Source of the DNA: Squatina squatina | Lineage: Eukaryota | Assembly: GCA_031763465.1 (NCBI GenBank) | Contig: JARFOE010000080.1 | Location: 8,978,117-9,032,895, forward strand | Direction of reading: 5' to 3' | Length of the DNA: 54,779 nt | Part shown: piece by piece, positions 25,301 to 38,969 of the stretch | Layout: the number at the start of each line of letters is the position of its first letter | How positions within the stretch are numbered: position 1 is the first letter of the stretch | Program-made: the position numbers and the translations under genes | The notes under the pieces: model-generated | The model's input: only the letters and a program-made list of their open reading frames with translations | Databases searched by the model: none | What the model was told of the DNA's origin: nothing

Positions 25301-28192
25301 NNNNNNNNNNNNNNNNNNNNNNNNNNNNNNNNNNNNNNNNNNNNNNNNNNNNNNNNNNNNNNNNNNNNNNNNNNNNNNNNNNNNNNNNNNNNNNNNNNNN
25401 GGGAGTGGATTGTAAGTTCAAGTTCCTATGTGATTACACTTCAAAAGTACTACGTTAACTGTGAAGCATGTTGGGATGCTATAAGAGGCTACATAAAGGC
25501 GAGTTCTTTCTCTGGTATCGTTGATTTGGTGCTGTATATTCTCTATTACTGTTGACCTGACTTTGAATTTAGTTGCAAGATACTCATCTGACATATATGA
25601 TGGGTGTCTGTCCCAAAAAGAAGTTCACCAAAGGTCGTGAAGCTTATCTGCAATAAGAGTGGGATTCACAGTTTTTGAAAACCTGGATGCTTTCATTTCA
25701 AGACTAACTATTAATGGTGGTGTCATGGGGCATATTTCACTGCATCCATCATTTTGAATGGCATGCCTGTTTCAACTAAACAGCTGCTATAATACAATCT
25801 CAACCTGACCATACTAACATCTGAAGGATATAACAGAGAAAAGGGCTCTTATTATGGGACACAAGAGAGCTGCACATATTTCAAACTTCAAGGTGTTCCC
25901 CTTTAATCCCTTGCTGTTATCATCTAATGACAGAGAATTAAGGATGAAGATGGTGAAGAATGTCAAACAGGAAGTCTGCAGCAAATATTTCAAATATAAA
26001 ACATTCACACAAAAACCCTAGATCTCAACTAAGAGTAAAATGGTGCTTGCGTATTTAATTCTCAATTTGGAATGATGTCACATCTGAATGAGGCAGCATA
26101 CATGGTACGAAGGAAACATTAAGACCCCTACATTAATGTATATTTAAACTAACTGTAATAAAAATTAATTTTAATGAATATTGTCACATGTTGTACACAG
26201 AGGATAGTGAATTGCCTGGCAGGAATCTAATTGCAGTTCAAATGATGCAAAGAGCTGTGAAAGGAGTGTGAAGAAGCTCCAATATCATGGTCTGTCTCTC
26301 CCTGATTGCTTTCTTTCCTTGTCCTGATTACTCTCTTGCTTATCTCTTTGGGTGCTCATGTCTCTCTGTGATTTGTTCTGTCCATCTGTCATTTCAGTGG
26401 TCTCTTACACCCACCTCCCCATCTCTTTTCCTAAACAATAGTCCATCGTTGTGTCTGACCTGGGAAGAACGTGACATATATTTTCTTGCTGCCAGTTCGC
26501 ACTGAGCAGCTTAACGCAATTAGTTTGTTGCTGAACATTGTCGTCTCGCTAAGCTCCACAAGGGCTGACACAGGCATCTCCAACGGGTACCTGCAGGATG
26601 GCACACGGGCTTTAGTGCTGCTGGAACTTGCTGCGCCCTGATTGTGAACAGGGTTCAGCAGAAGGATCCCTTTTTCATCACCGGTTTTCTCCCCTCCTCT
26701 CTTGAGGCTGCCTTTGCTGGATTGCAGGCCCACAGGCGCTGGGTCTGCTCCAACACCTTGTCCGAGTCACTGTTATTCAGTGGGCATTAGCAGACTATTC
26801 AACTGCAGAGGGCCTCACAGCCCAACCCCTTTCCTGACCTGACGTCCACACATACCCACTAATGGTGGGTGTTGTGCAGCAATCAGGGGCAGGAAGCCAG
26901 GCTATTTTGCCCTCTTTAAGCCAGGGGGAACAACACATGGGATCCACCCACTCTTGTTGCTGAGTGCTTTCAAAGGTTAACTTTGCTGAGCCGTAAGGCG
27001 AGCCTGGAATGATCCCTTCCAACTCCCCAAAGGGATTATGCTTTCTGTTTGAGATGAATGGTGCTATCAAGTGACCTGCTTTTATCCGCGTGCTCTCCAA
27101 ATGGGCACAGCTTGGTGCCTATTATATCGCAGAACATTCTGAAACAGTGTTTTCACAGAGTATCATTTTACACCCATCCATGGGAGACATTTGTCTCTCA
27201 AAATTAAAGGTGAATTTTGTAGTTTCGAGAGCTTCCGTGTACAGCTTTGAGCTTTACCCTTTTCATTGGAAAGCACTTTTGGTTCAGAAGTGCTGGTTAT
27301 CACTTGTTCATGGACACACACTTGAGTTTGTTTTCTCACTTGCATGTGTGAATAGAAAACAGCGCAGCTTGTGAAATACATCGTGTATATGGTACACACA
27401 AAACCAGTGAAGGTTCCAGTTGGGCAAAAATAATGCTCTGAGCTTTGCGCTGATGTATGTAAATACAAGAGATTTACTGTACAGTACTTTTTGTACCTTA
27501 TCTGTTTTATAAAGTTAGTGCAATGTTGATTTTGACATGCTGTTTGCTAAATATACATTTTGCTGGAAAAAATTTAAATGGCCTCATTTTAACTTGATTT
27601 AGTTACCAATTTCAATACTGCAAAATGTTATGAGAGATATGCTTAAATCTACTGTTTATTTAATGCTGGGATTTTTTCGAGTGACATAAAACAGTAGATC
27701 CCAAATGTAGTGTTTTATTTATTTGTCTTTTTTAAAAAGGCACCTTTTTCATTTAAAAAGAAACAAGATGAAGGAAAAACGTTAAGCCATTTTCACTACA
27801 CAAGAACTGTAGGGACTGCAGTGTCATTTCTGGTACATGGGGATTTAATAAGTGAAACCAGTTTCTGTTGAGATCAATTTCAATTTGCTGCAAAACAAAT
27901 TCTTAGCTGAAATTTGCCATTCCATTATTAACCGCCTACTTTTAAGTGGAGAGATGTAAAAAAAAAATGCAGCACACAGGCTTTTTAAATTTAGGATACA
28001 ATCTATTGTCATTTACCCATCTTAATCAGATATTTCTAGCTTCCTTATTGTTGAAATCTATTCAATTAAAATGGGAAAAATCTTNNNNNNNNNNNNNNNN
28101 NNNNNNNNNNNNNNNNNNNNNNNNNNNNNNNNNNNNNNNNNNNNNNNNNNNNNNNNNNNNNNNNNNNNNNNNNNNNNNNNNNNNCCTTGAGT

Positions 28193-28577
28193 ATTGAGGG
28201 ATCATTCCAAATTGATGGATGATTGGGGGTTGATGGATCATTCGGACAGGATTGATGGTTCATTTGGAATTGATGGAGCATTGGGAATTGATGGATTACT
28301 TAGAATTGATGGCTCATCCGGGGTTGACGGATCATTGGGAATTGATGAATCATTGTGAATTGATCGATCATTGGGATTGTTAGATCATTGGGATGGGATT
28401 ATTGGATCATTCGGGGTTGATGGAGCATTGGCAATTGATGGAGCATTGTAAATTAATGGATCATTAGGACAGAATTGAGGGATAATTAGGAATTGATGGA
28501 TCATTTGGAATTGATTGCTCTTTCGCGGTTGATGGATCATTGGGAATTGATGAATCATTGACTATTGATGGAGCATT
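28193..28577. repeat. Degenerate ~20-bp minisatellite
   Basis: Repeated attgatggatcattgggaa-type unit, roughly 18-19 copies. Confidence 0.9.
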
Positions 28578-30717
28578 TTCATGTACGTCAGTATCAAGGC
28601 AACAGAACTTGCTTCAATGACCAAGACATCTATTCTGCAAAGATGGAAAAGTCAGGTTTTGAAGCACCTGTGCTTTAGGGCTGAACAAATCCAATGTAGG
28701 TCATTCTTGTCCATGGTATGAAACATATGTTGAATATGAAACAATACCTAAAGAGAGTAGCAAATGAGTCATACACATCAGATCAGGGCTAAGGAAGGCA
28801 AATTTTCAAAGCCAATTTTTCATACTCTAGATTATTTGGTATTTTGTTGTGTTTTGGGCTGATGGAAGGAACAAATGAGAGGACCTTTTGGGCATACTTC
28901 ATTATTGCTGCGTCTCCTGTTTTGCGAGCTGATGGTCTTACTTGGCCTATTGTGAACTTGTCACTTTCCTAGCTAGGTAACAGCCAGGCTGTGAGTGTAC
29001 ATACCCACATAAAAATATGTAAAATGCAAACAACTGCTTTGTGCATGCTCTGCTGTCCGTTAAACTCAGTATGAAATATAGTCTCTCAGATCTTCACAAA
29101 ATCCCTTTGCTGGCATGAATATGAAACATTTCACACTGCGTAGTTGCTGTCACGTTCTTGTAAGGAAAGAATAATACTACTGATTAGAGCTCTGGCTCTC
29201 GCAGGTACAATACTTTGGCTTATGGTGCGCACGTTGATCCCTGTTTCCATACAAGTTTAGACTTCCCAGAATTTTTCTCAGGAACTAAAGTATAGCAAAT
29301 CAGTCTGGTATCCATTTATATGATAATGACATACTATATGTTTTCAATGACATTTTGGACTGTTTTCGAGAAACACAATCTTTTTTATTTCATTTTTAGT
29401 CATTTACTGTAAAATGTGTTTATAAACACCCAAATCAACACCACAAAAGGAATATCACGCAATTGTATTTTTTTTTTATTGTGTTCATTTACTGGCAGAA
29501 CTATAGCAACAGGATATTGTTGCAGTTGAGTATTTGACATACTCTTTGACCTGTTCTGAATTGCAGCTTTGTATAGAATATACTGTACATGGGTTTTGAT
29601 GTTAAAATATAAGACTGATCTAAATGTTGACATTAGAAAGTCTTCTGGTGTGTTAGGTACTGATGCCTATACTGTAAGATTGTTTCGTCTCTTATGATTG
29701 TATATGTTTGTTTTTTTATCTCCTGTAAATAGTAAAAATCCAAAAAGGTTGATTTAAACACGGTTAGCTGTTGTGTGGAATAAATATTTTGTATTGAAAG
29801 TTTCCCATTTTGTTTTTCTGTTTTGTCACTTCCTCCATGCAATAAAATGATTGTTATTATTATGGTTTTCTATTTGACTCTAAATAGTGCTGAAACATTC
29901 TAAAGAACCAAAGCAAGTAAACCTTTGAACTACTTTTAACTTGTACTTTTTAAAAAAGATGGTAATTCAGAATCTAAAGTGGGAATTTTCCGGAAGGTCA
30001 GCGGGCGTGATCGGTGGTGGGAAAGTGTTTTATTTTGACAGCAGGTCGCGAACCTGCCTCCACACATCTTTACCAAATGTCGGGTCTGCCAGCGTTTGAG
30101 CAGATCTGACATGGAGCAGCAGGGGAGACAATTAAAATAATTAGTGACTTGTTTACAGCCACTTAACAATGCTTTATGTCCCAGATTTTTGAAATTGACA
30201 GGTCGCCCACTGGTTTCCCACAGTGCCTAGACCTTGTCTGTGAAGCTGAGGTGGGAGATCACTGGCCATTGTTTCAGCTGNNNNNNNNNNNNNNNNNNNN
30301 NNNNNNNNNNNNNNNNNNNNNNNNNNNNNNNNNNNNNNNNNNNNNNNNNNNNNNNNNNNNNNNNNNNNNNNNNNNNNNNNTCGCTGCCGTTGCACCTCGA
30401 GCACGTAAAAAACAAAAGCCTAGCGCTCTGTTTTATACTTACCGGCCGGACGCTGCTCCCGACTCTGCTCCCACAGCTGAACACAATGTTAAACGGCATA
30501 AATGGCCCACCCACCAGCACTATTTCAAGTGATCATGAACTACTTACAGGTTAGGTGCTGGATTATTTCTTCTGGCTGGTGGAGGAATTGTACACATTTT
30601 TGGAGCTTTCCTACAGTTGTCCAAATTTTTAATAATCTATAGGGAGTGGTCTGCCTGGTGCTGGATGTATCTTTTTCTTGATTTAAAAGCTTGTGCTGAA
30701 ACAAATTGCTTCCAGAG

Positions 30718-31860
30718 ATGGGTGGCCTGGTCGGGCTTCCTTCTGGAATTGAGTATGACTAGGAGAATGAAGAGAGGCCATGCAGAGCAGGACAAGCTGC
30801 TTGAAGGGGGAGGAGGAGGAGGATGGGGAGGACGGCTCTCAGCAGGAGGCCATATCCGGTGAAAGTCTTAAAGGAGCAATTATCTTACATCAACTGCAGC
30901 GAGGACCAATGCTTGAAGCATTTTCACTTCACTAAAGAGTTTGCGACTGAAATCTTCCAATTGCTTCAGTCATCCCTGCAACCTCAATGCAGGGCAAGGG
31001 CAGCATTGCCTGTAGTTGCCAAGGTGACCGTGGCTCTTAACATTTACACATCTGGCTCCATTCAGGCTTCTGCTGCAAATCTAAGCAACATCTCACAGTT
31101 TGCGGTGCATTGCTGCATAAGGGAGGTCATTGTGGCTCTCCATACAAAAAGAGACAGCTTTGTCTAATCCCCTCTTGCCAGAGAAAAGCATGCAGAGCGA
31201 GCACAGAGGTTTGCACAGATTGCAGGCTTCCCCATGGTGCAGGGTGCCATTGACTGCACGCACATCGCCTTGCGTGCGCCTCATGTGAACTCAGCCATTT
31301 TCCTGAACTTACCAGGATCCCATTCCCTCAACGTGCAGCTGGTGTGTGACCACCTGCAGTGCTTCATGCAGGTGAATACTCAATACCCTGGCAGTAGTCA
31401 CGATTCCTTCATTCTGCAGCAGTCCTCTGTGCCACCTGTATTTGACCCACCACGGCAAGTCAAAAGCTGGCTGCTGGGTGACAAGGGATATCCGCTGGTG
31501 ACATGGCTTATGTCTCTGGTCTGGAACCCATGCACATGTGCACAGCAGGCCTACAGCGAAACCCATGCTGCCACAAGGAACATTATAGAGTACACCTTCG
31601 GCATCCTCAAGCAACGCTTCTGGTTAGCTGGACCACACTGGAGACCTGCTGTACTCAGCTGAGTCAATATCAATAATTGTGGTAGTATGCTGTACTTGCA
31701 TATCCTCACCATTATGAGGGAACAGCCCTTGCCACTACTGATTCAGTGAAAAGCAGAAGTGTGAGGAAGAGAAGGAGGAGGAGGAGGAGGAGAAGGAGGA
31801 AGAGTAGGAGGAAGTACAACAGGAAGTGGAGGAACAGGAAGAGGAAGGGAGGATACATCG
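30718..31860 (+). pseudogene. Harbinger (HARBI1-like) DDE transposase, inactivated
   Basis: KVTVALNIYTSGSIQ, IAGFPMVQGAIDCTHI, HSLNVQLVCD, YPGSSHDSFIL, WLLGDKGYP, HAATRNIIEYTFGILKQRF. In-frame TAA at 31165-31167, frameshifts after about 31620, Glu-rich tail. Confidence 0.92.
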
Positions 31861-32099
31861 TAGACAGCCACTTTCTGCTTGGGCTCCATGTGATGAAATA
31901 GTTAATGAGCGACATAAGTAACCTCAACCACATCTCCTCATTCACCAATAGTCCCACATGCCTGATGTTTCCTCTATCACTGACCATCACATTGTCCTCT
32001 TCCAATAATACAAACATCCACAAGAAAATGCACATTCCAATCCAAATTTATAAATTCCTCGTGACATAATGCACGAAAAAATCAAATAATCAGCCTTGT

Positions 32100-33548
32100 G
32101 CATTCCTTTAGTGCCCATCTTTCACATGCCTTTTTTCTCTGCGAGTGCTCCTACAAGATGATTTGCAATGGCTGCAGCATGGGTAGTGGAAGGCTGCTGA
32201 CCTCCAATTGAGGAGTCTGCAGATGGCCTTGGAGGGTCACTTCGAGCAGCTCTGGGCCTAGAAGGCTCAACCTCGGCATGGGCGGCAGCAGTCTGGGCTG
32301 GCTGGAGTAGCAGTGGTGTGAGTATGAATGTTTTCATCCTGAGAGAGCTAGCAAGGCTCACTCAGGCCTTTGACGAAAGCTGTTTGTGCTGCCATGGATG
32401 TGGTAACATCAGCAATTAGACGCTGCATCATGGTGAGTTCCACCGGTGTACTAATGGCGGTGNNNNNNNNNNGCCAAGTTGGTGCTGGATTCCTCCATGC
32501 TCCTTGACATTGAGCGCTGGAATACTGGCAGGCTTTCCAATGCACCACGCATTTGATTATGAACACCCATCGGCCTTTTCTGTAGCCTGGCCCATCGAAG
32601 TCCTCATCTTGGTCCTCTGCAGCAGAACTAATGGGCGCCCCCACCCCCCGAAGGTTGGCACCTGCATTATCCTTTTCCCTCCTCGTCTGGATGTTGTGTA
32701 CTTATGCCCAGTATCTTGAAACGTGCTGATCTCTCCTCTATCCTAGCCTCTAAAATACACACAGTTTTAGTCTCTGAGCTGGCGGCTATGACTGTAAGAT
32801 CGATTGATGGTGTATATTTATCTTCACTTTCTTCTCCCTCTTTCTCCTGCCAGTTCTTGGGTATCTGAAATTTAAAAGGGACAAAGGTTGAGTTGTGGGA
32901 GATAAGAAATTAAGAAGTGCGTGCTTACATCATCTGCAGCTTTTCAGTCAGAAGACATTGAGGGATGAGGAAGAAGCAGGGTGAGAAAGGAGGATTAGCT
33001 ATGCTGATAAATTTCAGCATCGATCGTATCAGCCCAAGGCCTCAGTGATGCTCCTTCCCGTGATGGCCAGCACTGTCTCCTCTATGGGAGGTTAAAACAT
33101 GCAGGTGTGCTTGTCCTCCTCCAGCTGCCTGCTGTTATGCACCACCTTCTCTGCAAGAAAGAGGGAAGGGTATCAGTGAGTGTCGTGCAATATGTTTGGG
33201 TGATGCGGCTGTCATGGTGGAATAGCTGTCAGTGTGTGCCAGCTGTGAGTTTGAGGCTTGCAACAGTGTTGCGTGTGTGAGGGTGAGTTAAACCAAATGA
33301 ATAGGGTTGAGTACTGATTGATAGAGATTGTTGGTAGGTAGGTGATGGAGGTGTAGTAAAGTCAGCAGTAGATGAGGCTAGTGGTGCATTTGGTATTTGA
33401 AGATGAACTCACTAACCTGGACAACCCATGTGAAATTGTTAAACTTCTTCCTGTACTGTTTCCATGGCATTGGAGCAACACTCCTGGCATTTATTTCCAC
33501 TGCTGTTTCTTTCCACTGCCTCCTCAGCATATGTCTGGAGGGCCTCCA
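32100..33548 (-). pseudogene. Harbinger Myb/SANT-like DNA-binding gene, spliced, decayed
   Basis: 33548-33417 reads RRQWKETAVEINARSVAPMPWKQYRKKFNNF|gttagt (W..A..NA....Q.RKK.N motif); next exon acceptor ttcttgcag at about 33151 (KVVHNSRQ). Confidence 0.75.
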
Positions 33549-34679
33549 NNNNNNNNNNNNNNNNNNNNNNNNNNNNNNNNNNNNNNNNNNNNNNNNNNNN
33601 NNNNNNNNNNNNNNNNNNNNNNNNNNNNNNNNNNNNNNNNNNNNNNNNAGTAAGTGCCCTTGAGCGTTGAAATTAGGATGGTTTTTGAGCTGCCTGAAAC
33701 ATATTTTTCAAAGCAAAATCAGCCAGCCAACTATAAAATTACAAATGAACATCATCTTAAAAGTAACTTTTAAAATAATCTTTCAGTGGCACCAAGAATT
33801 GTTTGACCATTTTCATGTAGGTTTCTTCAGTAGTTTTTTCCCCTCTCTTCTCCCAAACTGGGTTATACATATCTGCAGCAAATTTACTGAAGAGACATGG
33901 AAAATAAATGTATTACTTTAGGACAACCTTTCTCTTTACATGTTGAATTTTGTCCTGATCAAAGTAAATGGCGTCAGTGCTAGGGAATGGAAAACTTCCC
34001 ATTTTGAATGTTATCCATCAGCACCAAGCATACCCTTGTCAGGTACAGGGCAGTTAGTAAAGCTCCATCCACTCTGCCCCAACCTTAGAAGAATGCCTCC
34101 TATTGCACTAATGTAATATTTTTGATTTCCCACACTAGCCATCCAGCGTAAGATTGCCAGTTATAGTGTTGCAGAAATGCTGAATTACCATTTCAGTGCC
34201 ATAGCAGTTCGAACAGGCAGCAGTGAGATTTTCTCTGGCTGGATTTCTTAGTGGTTCCGTCGCAACAAGAGTTATTAGTTCAGTGACAACAACTCCACTT
34301 ACGATTCACTCACAAGTATTTATTGTAATAATAGGCTTTATTACATTGACTAATAAGAGTATTAGATTTTATATAACTATTCTACATTATATTAAATCAC
34401 AAGATGACATGCAAATAACACTANNNNNNNNNNNNNNNNNNNNNNNNNNNNNNNNNNNNNNNNNNNNNNNNNNNNNNNNNNNNNNNNNNNNNNNNNNNNN
34501 NNNNNNNNNNNNNNNNNNNNNNNCCTCTCCTCTTCCTCATCTACATACTTATCCTTGGCAGCATCATTCGCAGCCGTTGGGTCAGCTTCCACACGTACGC
34601 TGATGACATGCCCATCGTTCCTGTGCTGGCTCTTTGAAAGAGCTATTCAATTAGTCCCACTCCCCTGCTCTGTCTCTGT

Positions 34680-35085
34680 CCTTGTAGACCTACATTAACT
34701 TCTGGTCCTCCAATGCCCCCAGTTCAAAATTCTCTTCCTCATGTTTAAATTTCTTCACAGCCTTGCTCTTATCATTGCAGTAATTTCCACCAGTGCTACA
34801 ACCACCCCCAAATTCTCCATTCCTCTGACTCTGGCCTCTTGTGCAACCTCTCTTTGCCCATCACTGGTGGCCATGTCTTCAGCCACACAGTCTGGTATCA
34901 GCTCCCTCCAACTTCCTCCCCTCCAGTAAGACTCTCCTTAAAACTCACATTTTGAACAAGTTCTTGGTTTCCCCTCCTACTATCCCTTTCTTTTTTTAGC
35001 TCAGTTTCCATCTTTTCTTTATGTCTCTAAGAATCATATTGAGATGTTTTTCTACATTACAGACACTATATAAATGCAAACTGTT
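34680..35085 (+). mobile_element. L2-like LINE 3' end
   Basis: ttcaaaattctc..tgtttaaatt, gccttcagc-like segment, ctccttaaaactcac, tail tttctacatta..ctatataaatgcaa; a similar tail occurs at 1530-1675. Confidence 0.6.
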
Positions 35086-36871
35086 ACTGTTGATAAACTT
35101 GCCAAGATTCCACTCCAAGTATAGATTCTCCCTTGATGGGCAGAATCAGACATGGAGGTCAATGTACCTGATTCATGTTGCTCCCAATCTTCAGCCATTA
35201 ATTAGCATCTTACCTCTTGAGTGAGGGTATATTACTCCACAATCGAACTGAGTCACAGAAATCATGAATAATTACAGGATCGCACTGCAGAGAAGGAGCA
35301 AGNNNNNNNNNNATTAATTCTGTCTTCTTTTATGATTTGATTATCATCTCTATCCTAATGACAAAGTTGAAACTGCTTAAAATTTCCCTTGTTTTGAGAG
35401 TAGTTTGAGCGAGTGATTTCAGCACTGTATGAATTGGTTCATGTTCCACTAGTCACTCTTATTTTAGTAACCAACACTCACCTGGTCCAATCTGCCATTT
35501 TGAAGATCACTGCATGCCATGAATATACTAAATCACACTGACATTCTCTTTTCTGGACTCTGTTGTATAATTTAATACTTATTACACTATGTGAGCAATA
35601 ATATAAGTCTTGAGCAATGAAGCTTTTTCTCATCATTTAGCAGACCGTGCTGTCCACTGTGCCAAATTTATTTCCATGAGACAGAACTGTGAAAATGTAG
35701 TTTAGCAAAATGTAAGCCTTTGTCTCATGAATTTGATTCTGTTTCACTAATCTTGTTCCCTGGGATGAGTGGTAACTACAATATAAAGAGTACATTTTCT
35801 TTTTCAGTGCTTCATCGGGTGCATGTATCAGGTATATGGGCACAGGCCCAAATCACAGCACTCTCAATTCATTACTTTTATGACATGGAAAAGCATTACA
35901 GGCTGTGAATCAGACATGAGAACTAAACTCCTGATATCTGCTCACGGAACATGAAGCTCTGTACTGGTCACACCAAAAATCACAATTTACCTTTATGTGA
36001 AAATAACAGTTACTAGTCAAAAATATGCCTGCGTACACAGCAGCCCTAGGGTCAATTTGACACAGAGGAATAGAGGGACAGATAAATGGGAGCTGGTTCG
36101 GAAAGCTACCTGCTTGGGAATTGGGCAGGAGCTGTTGGAGTTGTGTGAGGTGAGGGAGCGGATTGAGCCTCTTTCCCGATACATCACCACTGACTCTAAT
36201 ATCTCAGTCGGAAAATCAAACAGCTCTCAGAAACCATGGCTTTTATGATTGTATGAGCTGTTCTACCTGAACCCACCCCATGACTCTCCCAGCTCAAAAC
36301 CAGCATATTATCCCAGGTTATAAACTGCTATTTCTTTTCTGCCACCAGATGAATTACATCAGATGTGTTACATCTCAAAAGGTTACAGACATCCTTGGCA
36401 ACATTTGTGGTTCAGTATTTGATTTTAAATGGGCTAATGTGCCATCAAAGTAATGGACAGAGGAATGTCACACTAACCTCTTAGACATTTGTCAGCTATT
36501 GTCTGGGGAAATTAGGAGATTTCTTTCATGCAGCAAGTTATTCTGATCGAGCATGCACTGCCTAAAAGGGTGGTGGAAACAGATTCAATAGNNNNNNNNN
36601 NNNNNNNNNNNNNNNNNNNNNNNNNNNNNNNNNNNNNNNNNNNNNNNNNNNNNNNNNNNNNNNNNNNNNNNNNNNNNNNNNNNNNNNNNNNCTGCTTCCA
36701 CCACCCTATCAGGTGTTTCTATTCATCATCATTATATATTTCATACAGTTTAGCTGCACAACTGAATGTGTTTCATGTCTATTTTTTCCCCAGCAAATCT
36801 GAAATTAAGCGATTTTAACTCAAGGTAGGTGTATTCCTTTCTAGATAACTTAGTGTCATACACACACCCAC

Positions 36872-37140
36872 AAGAACATAAGAAATAGGGGCAGGAGCAG
36901 GCCATTTGGTCCCTCGAGCCTGCTCCCATTCAATGAGACCATGGCTGATCTGCTACTGGTCTCATTAAATATATTCAAGAAGGAGTTAGATATAGTTCTT
37001 AGGGCTAAAGGGATCAGGGGATACGAGGAGAAAGCAGGAGCAGGGTACTGAATTTGAATGATCAGCCATGTTCTCATTAAATGGCGGAGCAGGCTCGAAG
37101 GGCAGAATGGCCTACTCCTGCTCCTATTTCTTATGTTCTT
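36872..37140. repeat. Inverted pair of CR1 3' tails (arms ~80 bp)
   Basis: aagaacataagaaatagg.gcaggag.aggccatt..cctcgagcctgctcc at 36872 is the reverse complement of ggagcaggctcga..aatggcctactcctgctcctatttcttatgttctt ending at 37140. Confidence 0.85.
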
Positions 37141-37846
37141 ATCTCCTGCGAGAAAGGCTAACATTTATTGCCCATCACTAGTTGCCCTGAGAAGGTGGTG
37201 GTGGAACCTTTTCTTGAACTGCTGCAGTCCATAGTGAAGGTACTCCCACAGTGCTGTTAGGTTGGGACTTCCAAGATTTTGACCCAGTGACAATACAGTT
37301 CCAGTCTGCAAATAAAAAATATCCTGTTCTCTCAATATTCCTTAAGCATAAAAAAGGCAATTTGTTCAAGATTGTGTTGGAACAATATTGAAGAGTCTAT
37401 GTTGTAAGGAGGCTCTGTTGAAATAGTTAGAACATCTTTTTGACTCTATTAGATGTTGCCACTATGTACTTCAAAACACAGCGCACTAGTGACATCCAGT
37501 GGTAGAAAATCATCATAAAAATCCCGATTTTCACCACGATGTAAAGCATTACGCAAAGGCTGTGGAGCATAAACCGGTGATGAAGCCAGTTTGTTTTTGT
37601 GTAAAACCTTTAAAACTGTATTATAATCACCATTTGCAAAGTAATGTTATGTAAATAATGAAAGTGGAGAAAAAAGGACTTGATAAGGACAAGTTTGTAA
37701 AAGTTAGGAATGTGCTTGTTCAATCTTTTTTCACAGAAATTAATAATGGTTTCCTCTACTTAGAAATACTTTTAATAAGGTGTTACTGTTGTCTCATCAA
37801 ACCTGATGTCAATTTATGAGCAGGGTTGAAGGTGCAAAGAGCTACA

Positions 37847-38306
37847 GGGGGGACAATTCAGTTCTGTTAGCGCCTCCGAAGGGCGCTAATGAGGCGAAAA
37901 GGCAGAAAATGGTGCCGGGAAGCAGCCATCTCGTCTCCTGGGGAACTCCCCCGGACGCCTCACCTAGAAAATTTTGTGACGGGTCGGCGCGCGACGTCAT
38001 AAAAATGCACGCCGACCCTTACTTCGCAGCTGCGACCCCCTTTGTGGCCCGTCTGCAAAACCTGTCGCTGCAACGGCCATCTTTATGTGTCGGCCGACTG
38101 ATGCTGGGCCGCCATCCCCTCGCCTGCTACGCCGACTGGCATTGACAGCGCCATGCCAGCAACATCCCCGGGAGCGAGGCGGACATCGCTGCACCTTGCT
38201 TCCGCCGCGAATTCTGTGGAGGGCGATTGGTATTGGAAGCCGGTGGTAGAAATGCCGGCTCCTGCCCGCTACCACCCCGAAAGCGCCCGGGCTAAATTGT
38301 GTCCCC
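37847..38306. mobile_element. GC-rich Harbinger-type MITE, apparently complete
   Basis: Imperfect TIRs ggggggacaattcag / ctaaattgtgtcccc, flanked on both sides by ACA (candidate 3-bp TSD). Confidence 0.7.
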
Positions 38307-38969
38307 ACAGTACCTTGTGGGATATCACTGTATCCAAAATAGCTAGCCTGCTCGCCTACATGAAAGCAATGATTGCGCTGTGCCTGAAGCACTGGGAGAT
38401 GCGATGNNNNNNNNNNNNNNNNNNNNNNNNNNNNNNNNNNNNNNNNNNNNNNNNNNNNNNNNNNNNNNNNNNNNNNNNNNNNNNNNNNNNNNNNNNNNNN
38501 NNNNNNGAACAGTTTCGAGTATTTTATATAAATTATTGTTACACTACAATGCATTCCGTATCATGAACTGGGACATTTTCACTGTGTAAATGCAGGTCAC
38601 TGTTTCTGCCCACAGGGAAGATTTTCAAAAAATTTGCTGGCAGGGCAGAGCTTGTATGGCAAGGGCATGCCTCGGGAACATGGGCATGGAAGCCAACATA
38701 CTCCATACAAAATCACACGGGGCATGATGATCTGACTTATCTGAATTCTCGATATATGTTTCCCTGTTCAGGACCAATGCAAAGTCCTGTCACATGAAGC
38801 TCGGAGCGCAAATTCGTAAAATGTATCCTCACATCTGTACAACAAATGGAGGTCACAGTAAACATTGATGGGATTATTGCTCCAGTGTAATGTATTTGAG
38901 CTCCATCTGTTGTATACTGTTGGTATTACACAAGCAGCTCAATACTAACCTCTATTTTTCCACACTACC

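Larger units (their letters stand above)
29978..33548. mobile_element. Decayed autonomous-type PIF/Harbinger DNA transposon
   Basis: Convergent DDE transposase (+) and Myb/SANT gene (-). The left boundary is tentative (gtgggaattttcc, across a gap) and the right end is lost in a gap. Confidence 0.85.

Noticed and set aside
30718-31860. Domesticated HARBI1 gene
   Set aside because: It has an in-frame stop and frameshifts, a linked Myb partner and a second copy in the window, so it is a decayed transposon.
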